IMG/VR virus record: IMGVR_UViG_3300037243_000041
Span: 1-25,061 of that record
Source: a virus
Lineage: Duplodnaviria; Caudoviricetes
DNA: 25,061 nucleotides
Strand: one strand, 5' to 3'
Shown: positions 23,103-25,061 of the stretch, piece after piece
How the letters are laid out: each line of letters begins with the position of its first letter
Numbering within the stretch: the first letter of the stretch is position 1
Translations under genes and position numbers: made by a program
Notes under the pieces: generated by a model
What the model saw: only the letters and a program-made list of their open reading frames with translations
Databases searched by the model: none
Told to the model about the DNA's origin: nothing

Positions 23103-24182
23103 ATGGTAGCCATGCTCGCATTCGACAAAATGGATTTCAACGCCGGGTCTGTGCGACGTGTGGATGCCAACGGCTACCTTCACGCCGAGAAGTCGCACAT
23201 TTCCAAGGCTGTCGTGAATCCGTACTACGGAAGAGAAATTCCTGGTGCGGATTCGCTCGGACTAGAACCGGACAAGGTTTACAAGCTCCTTCGCGATCCC
23301 GAAGAGTTGAGGAAGGCCGCGTCTACTTTCGACAACCTGCCTCTGCTCGACAAACACATTCCTCTTTCGGCGTTCAACATCGATGACCCGGCGATCAAGG
23401 AGCATCTTGTGGGCTCCACCGGCACCGATGCTGCGTTCGACAACGGATACCTGGACAACTCTCTCGTCATTCACTCCGCTTCTGCCATCAAGGATGTGGA
23501 GGCAAAGAAGAAGCACGAACTTTCTTGCGCATATCGCTACGTGCCCGTCATGACTCCGGGCACTTACAACGGCGAAGCCTACGACGGAATCATGACGAAG
23601 ATCGAAGGCAACCACGTTTCGCTTGTCCCAGAAGGTCGCGCAGGACACGACGTCAAGGTGATGGACGAGAAAATGGCAGCATGCTCCGTCCTCAAGCCGT
23701 GCGATGTTCAGCGCATCAGTACCGCGCTCGGAGGCGACTACTACGCCGTGCGCATGCGGCAAGCGCTCGGCATGGATCTTGGCACCGCCAGTATGTACGA
23801 GATGCCGCGTAAGGAGGCCAAGACGGAACATGTGCGCTTGGTCAAGGAACTAGAAAAGCCCGCAAGTAAAGCCGTTCTGCGGCGCGAAGGCGAAGAGCAG
23901 GACAAGGAACTGAAGACCAAGATCGAAGCCGTGGACATGGCCAAGCGCAAAGACGTAAACCCCAAAGCGGGGGCGAAAGGATATGGCGATGTGAAGTTCG
24001 CCGATCCGAAGAACAAAAAGTACCCCGTCGATACACCTGCGCACGTCGCATCGGCAGCTAGCTATTTCGGAATGCCCAAGAACAGGGCTAAATATTCAGA
24101 GGAGGACCGGACGACCATTGATAAGCGCATACGCGCAGCCGAACGGAAGTTCAAAATCGGCAGGTACGCCGAGAGCAAGTAA
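23103..24182 (+). CDS. DUF2213 putative prohead protease with C-terminal DUF6582-like module
   Basis: DANGYL...ISKAVVNPYYGREIP...TFDNLPLLDKH...ELSCAY...GNHVSLVPEGRAG (DUF2213); the tail FADPKNKKYPVDTPAHVASAASYF is DUF6582-like. Confidence 0.85.
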   Translation: MVAMLAFDKMDFNAGSVRRVDANGYLHAEKSHISKAVVNPYYGREIPGADSLGLEPDKVYKLLRDPEELRKAASTFDNLPLLDKHIPLSAFNIDDPAIKEHLVGSTGTDAAFDNGYLDNSLVIHSASAIKDVEAKKKHELSCAYRYVPVMTPGTYNGEAYDGIMTKIEGNHVSLVPEGRAGHDVKVMDEKMAACSVLKPCDVQRISTALGGDYYAVRMRQALGMDLGTASMYEMPRKEAKTEHVRLVKELEKPASKAVLRREGEEQDKELKTKIEAVDMAKRKDVNPKAGAKGYGDVKFADPKNKKYPVDTPAHVASAASYFGMPKNRAKYSEEDRTTIDKRIRAAERKFKIGRYAESK

Positions 24183-24206
24183 ACCCAAGTCACCAAGGAG
24201 GCCACC

Positions 24207-25061
24207 GTGGCCAAGAAACCCAACAATCTTTCCAGCCAGGGGCACCGTGTCATGGGTGCTCTGGCGACGTATCTCGTGCCCAAGCTGGGCGCAGACCAGT
24301 CGCTGCAGTCCGCAGAACTCGAAAGCGTCTGCAAGAGCGTCGTTCCGGCGCGCTATGACAAGCAGCTCGATGGCATCATCGGCACCGTGAAGGAGCGCTT
24401 CAGTTCTCGGCTCGCTGCCGACCAGAATCTCGACGATCTGCGCAAGGTGCTTCTCGCGCTCACGCCGCTCGAACTCGCCAACGACGAGGATGATGCGGAA
24501 GACGAGGATGACGACAGCAACGACGATAGCAACGATGCGCTTCCTCTCGAGCTCAAGAAGAACGCCGAGAAGATGAAGGATAAAGCGGCCAAGGACAAGA
24601 AGGCCAAGGACAGCAGAGAAGACCCCGACGATGACGGCGATGATGACACCGACGACAGCGACGACAACGACGATGAGGAGGAAGACGAGGAGGAGGGCGT
24701 GAAGGGAAAAGACAAAAAAGCCAAGGACGCGAAGCGCGCCAAGGATGCACAGGCGCACGACGCGGCCATCGCCAAGCTCGCATCCGACGCCACCATGAAC
24801 AAGCTGGCTTCCCTCTACGAGGCCGCGGCCGCCGTGAAGCCCGTCGTCGGCGAAGTGAATGTGCCGACGTGCGATTCTGCCGCCGACATCTATGAGATGG
24901 GCTTGAAGGCCAAGAAGATCGCCATCGACGGCACGCCCCGTGCCTCGTACAAGCACGTCTTCAACGCGCTCATGCTGGCCGAAGATACCAAGAAGGTTGC
25001 CACCCCGCGTTTTGCGCAGGACGCGGCCACCACCAAGACCCTCGCCGAGAAATACCCCAAC
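24207..25061 (+). CDS. head scaffold-like protein, 3' end runs off the window
   Basis: AAGGAG RBS and GTG at 24207, open to the window end (not in the ORF track). Acidic/Lys low-complexity middle; VKPVVGE..CDSAADIYEMGL and FAQDAA resemble the C-terminal scaffold part of DUF2213 proteins. Confidence 0.8.
   Translation, partial: MAKKPNNLSSQGHRVMGALATYLVPKLGADQSLQSAELESVCKSVVPARYDKQLDGIIGTVKERFSSRLAADQNLDDLRKVLLALTPLELANDEDDAEDEDDDSNDDSNDALPLELKKNAEKMKDKAAKDKKAKDSREDPDDDGDDDTDDSDDNDDEEEDEEEGVKGKDKKAKDAKRAKDAQAHDAAIAKLASDATMNKLASLYEAAAAVKPVVGEVNVPTCDSAADIYEMGLKAKKIAIDGTPRASYKHVFNALMLAEDTKKVATPRFAQDAATTKTLAEKYPN

Noticed and set aside
1179-24956. Long antisense ORFs (1179-2048, 4236-5171, 11720-12706, 17073-18047, 21056-21949, 24096-24956)
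   Set aside because: They mirror well-supported genes on the opposite strand in GC-rich DNA and carry no recognisable motifs, unlike the nested EndoVII ORF.

Overview
This window is part of a tailed dsDNA bacteriophage genome with two divergent modules. No integrase, att site, tRNA, rRNA or CRISPR array was seen. The minus-strand module (1-10236) is early/replication. It encodes an ATP-dependent DNA ligase (truncated at the window edge and absent from the ORF track), a mini-DnaJ, an extremely acidic (DE)n protein, a DEDDh 3'-5' exonuclease, several small Zn-finger or hypothetical proteins and a TOPRIM primase-SF3 helicase, with two sigma70-like promoters. A ~1.5 kb repeat-rich non-coding region (10237-11759) separates it from the plus-strand packaging/head module: ParB-DUF4417 fusion, TerS, TerL, DUF1073-type portal, small virion proteins, MuF/gp7 head morphogenesis protein, DUF2213 prohead protease and a scaffold (truncated). 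The main observations are four. (1) The TerL intein has no in-frame endonuclease; an intact endonuclease VII gene with its own RBS is overprinted in another frame entirely inside it. (2) The MuF protein carries an internal cassette of two ADP-ribosyltransferase-like domains bounded by A-x-D sites. (3) An 'AxD...F(H/N)GN(Q/R)(W/H)xGG' tag recurs four times in three head-module genes, suggesting a protease-release and capsid-loading system. (4) An isolated 31-aa DNA polymerase I-like motif lies in an otherwise unrelated early protein. All family assignments come from motif recognition by eye; no searches were run.
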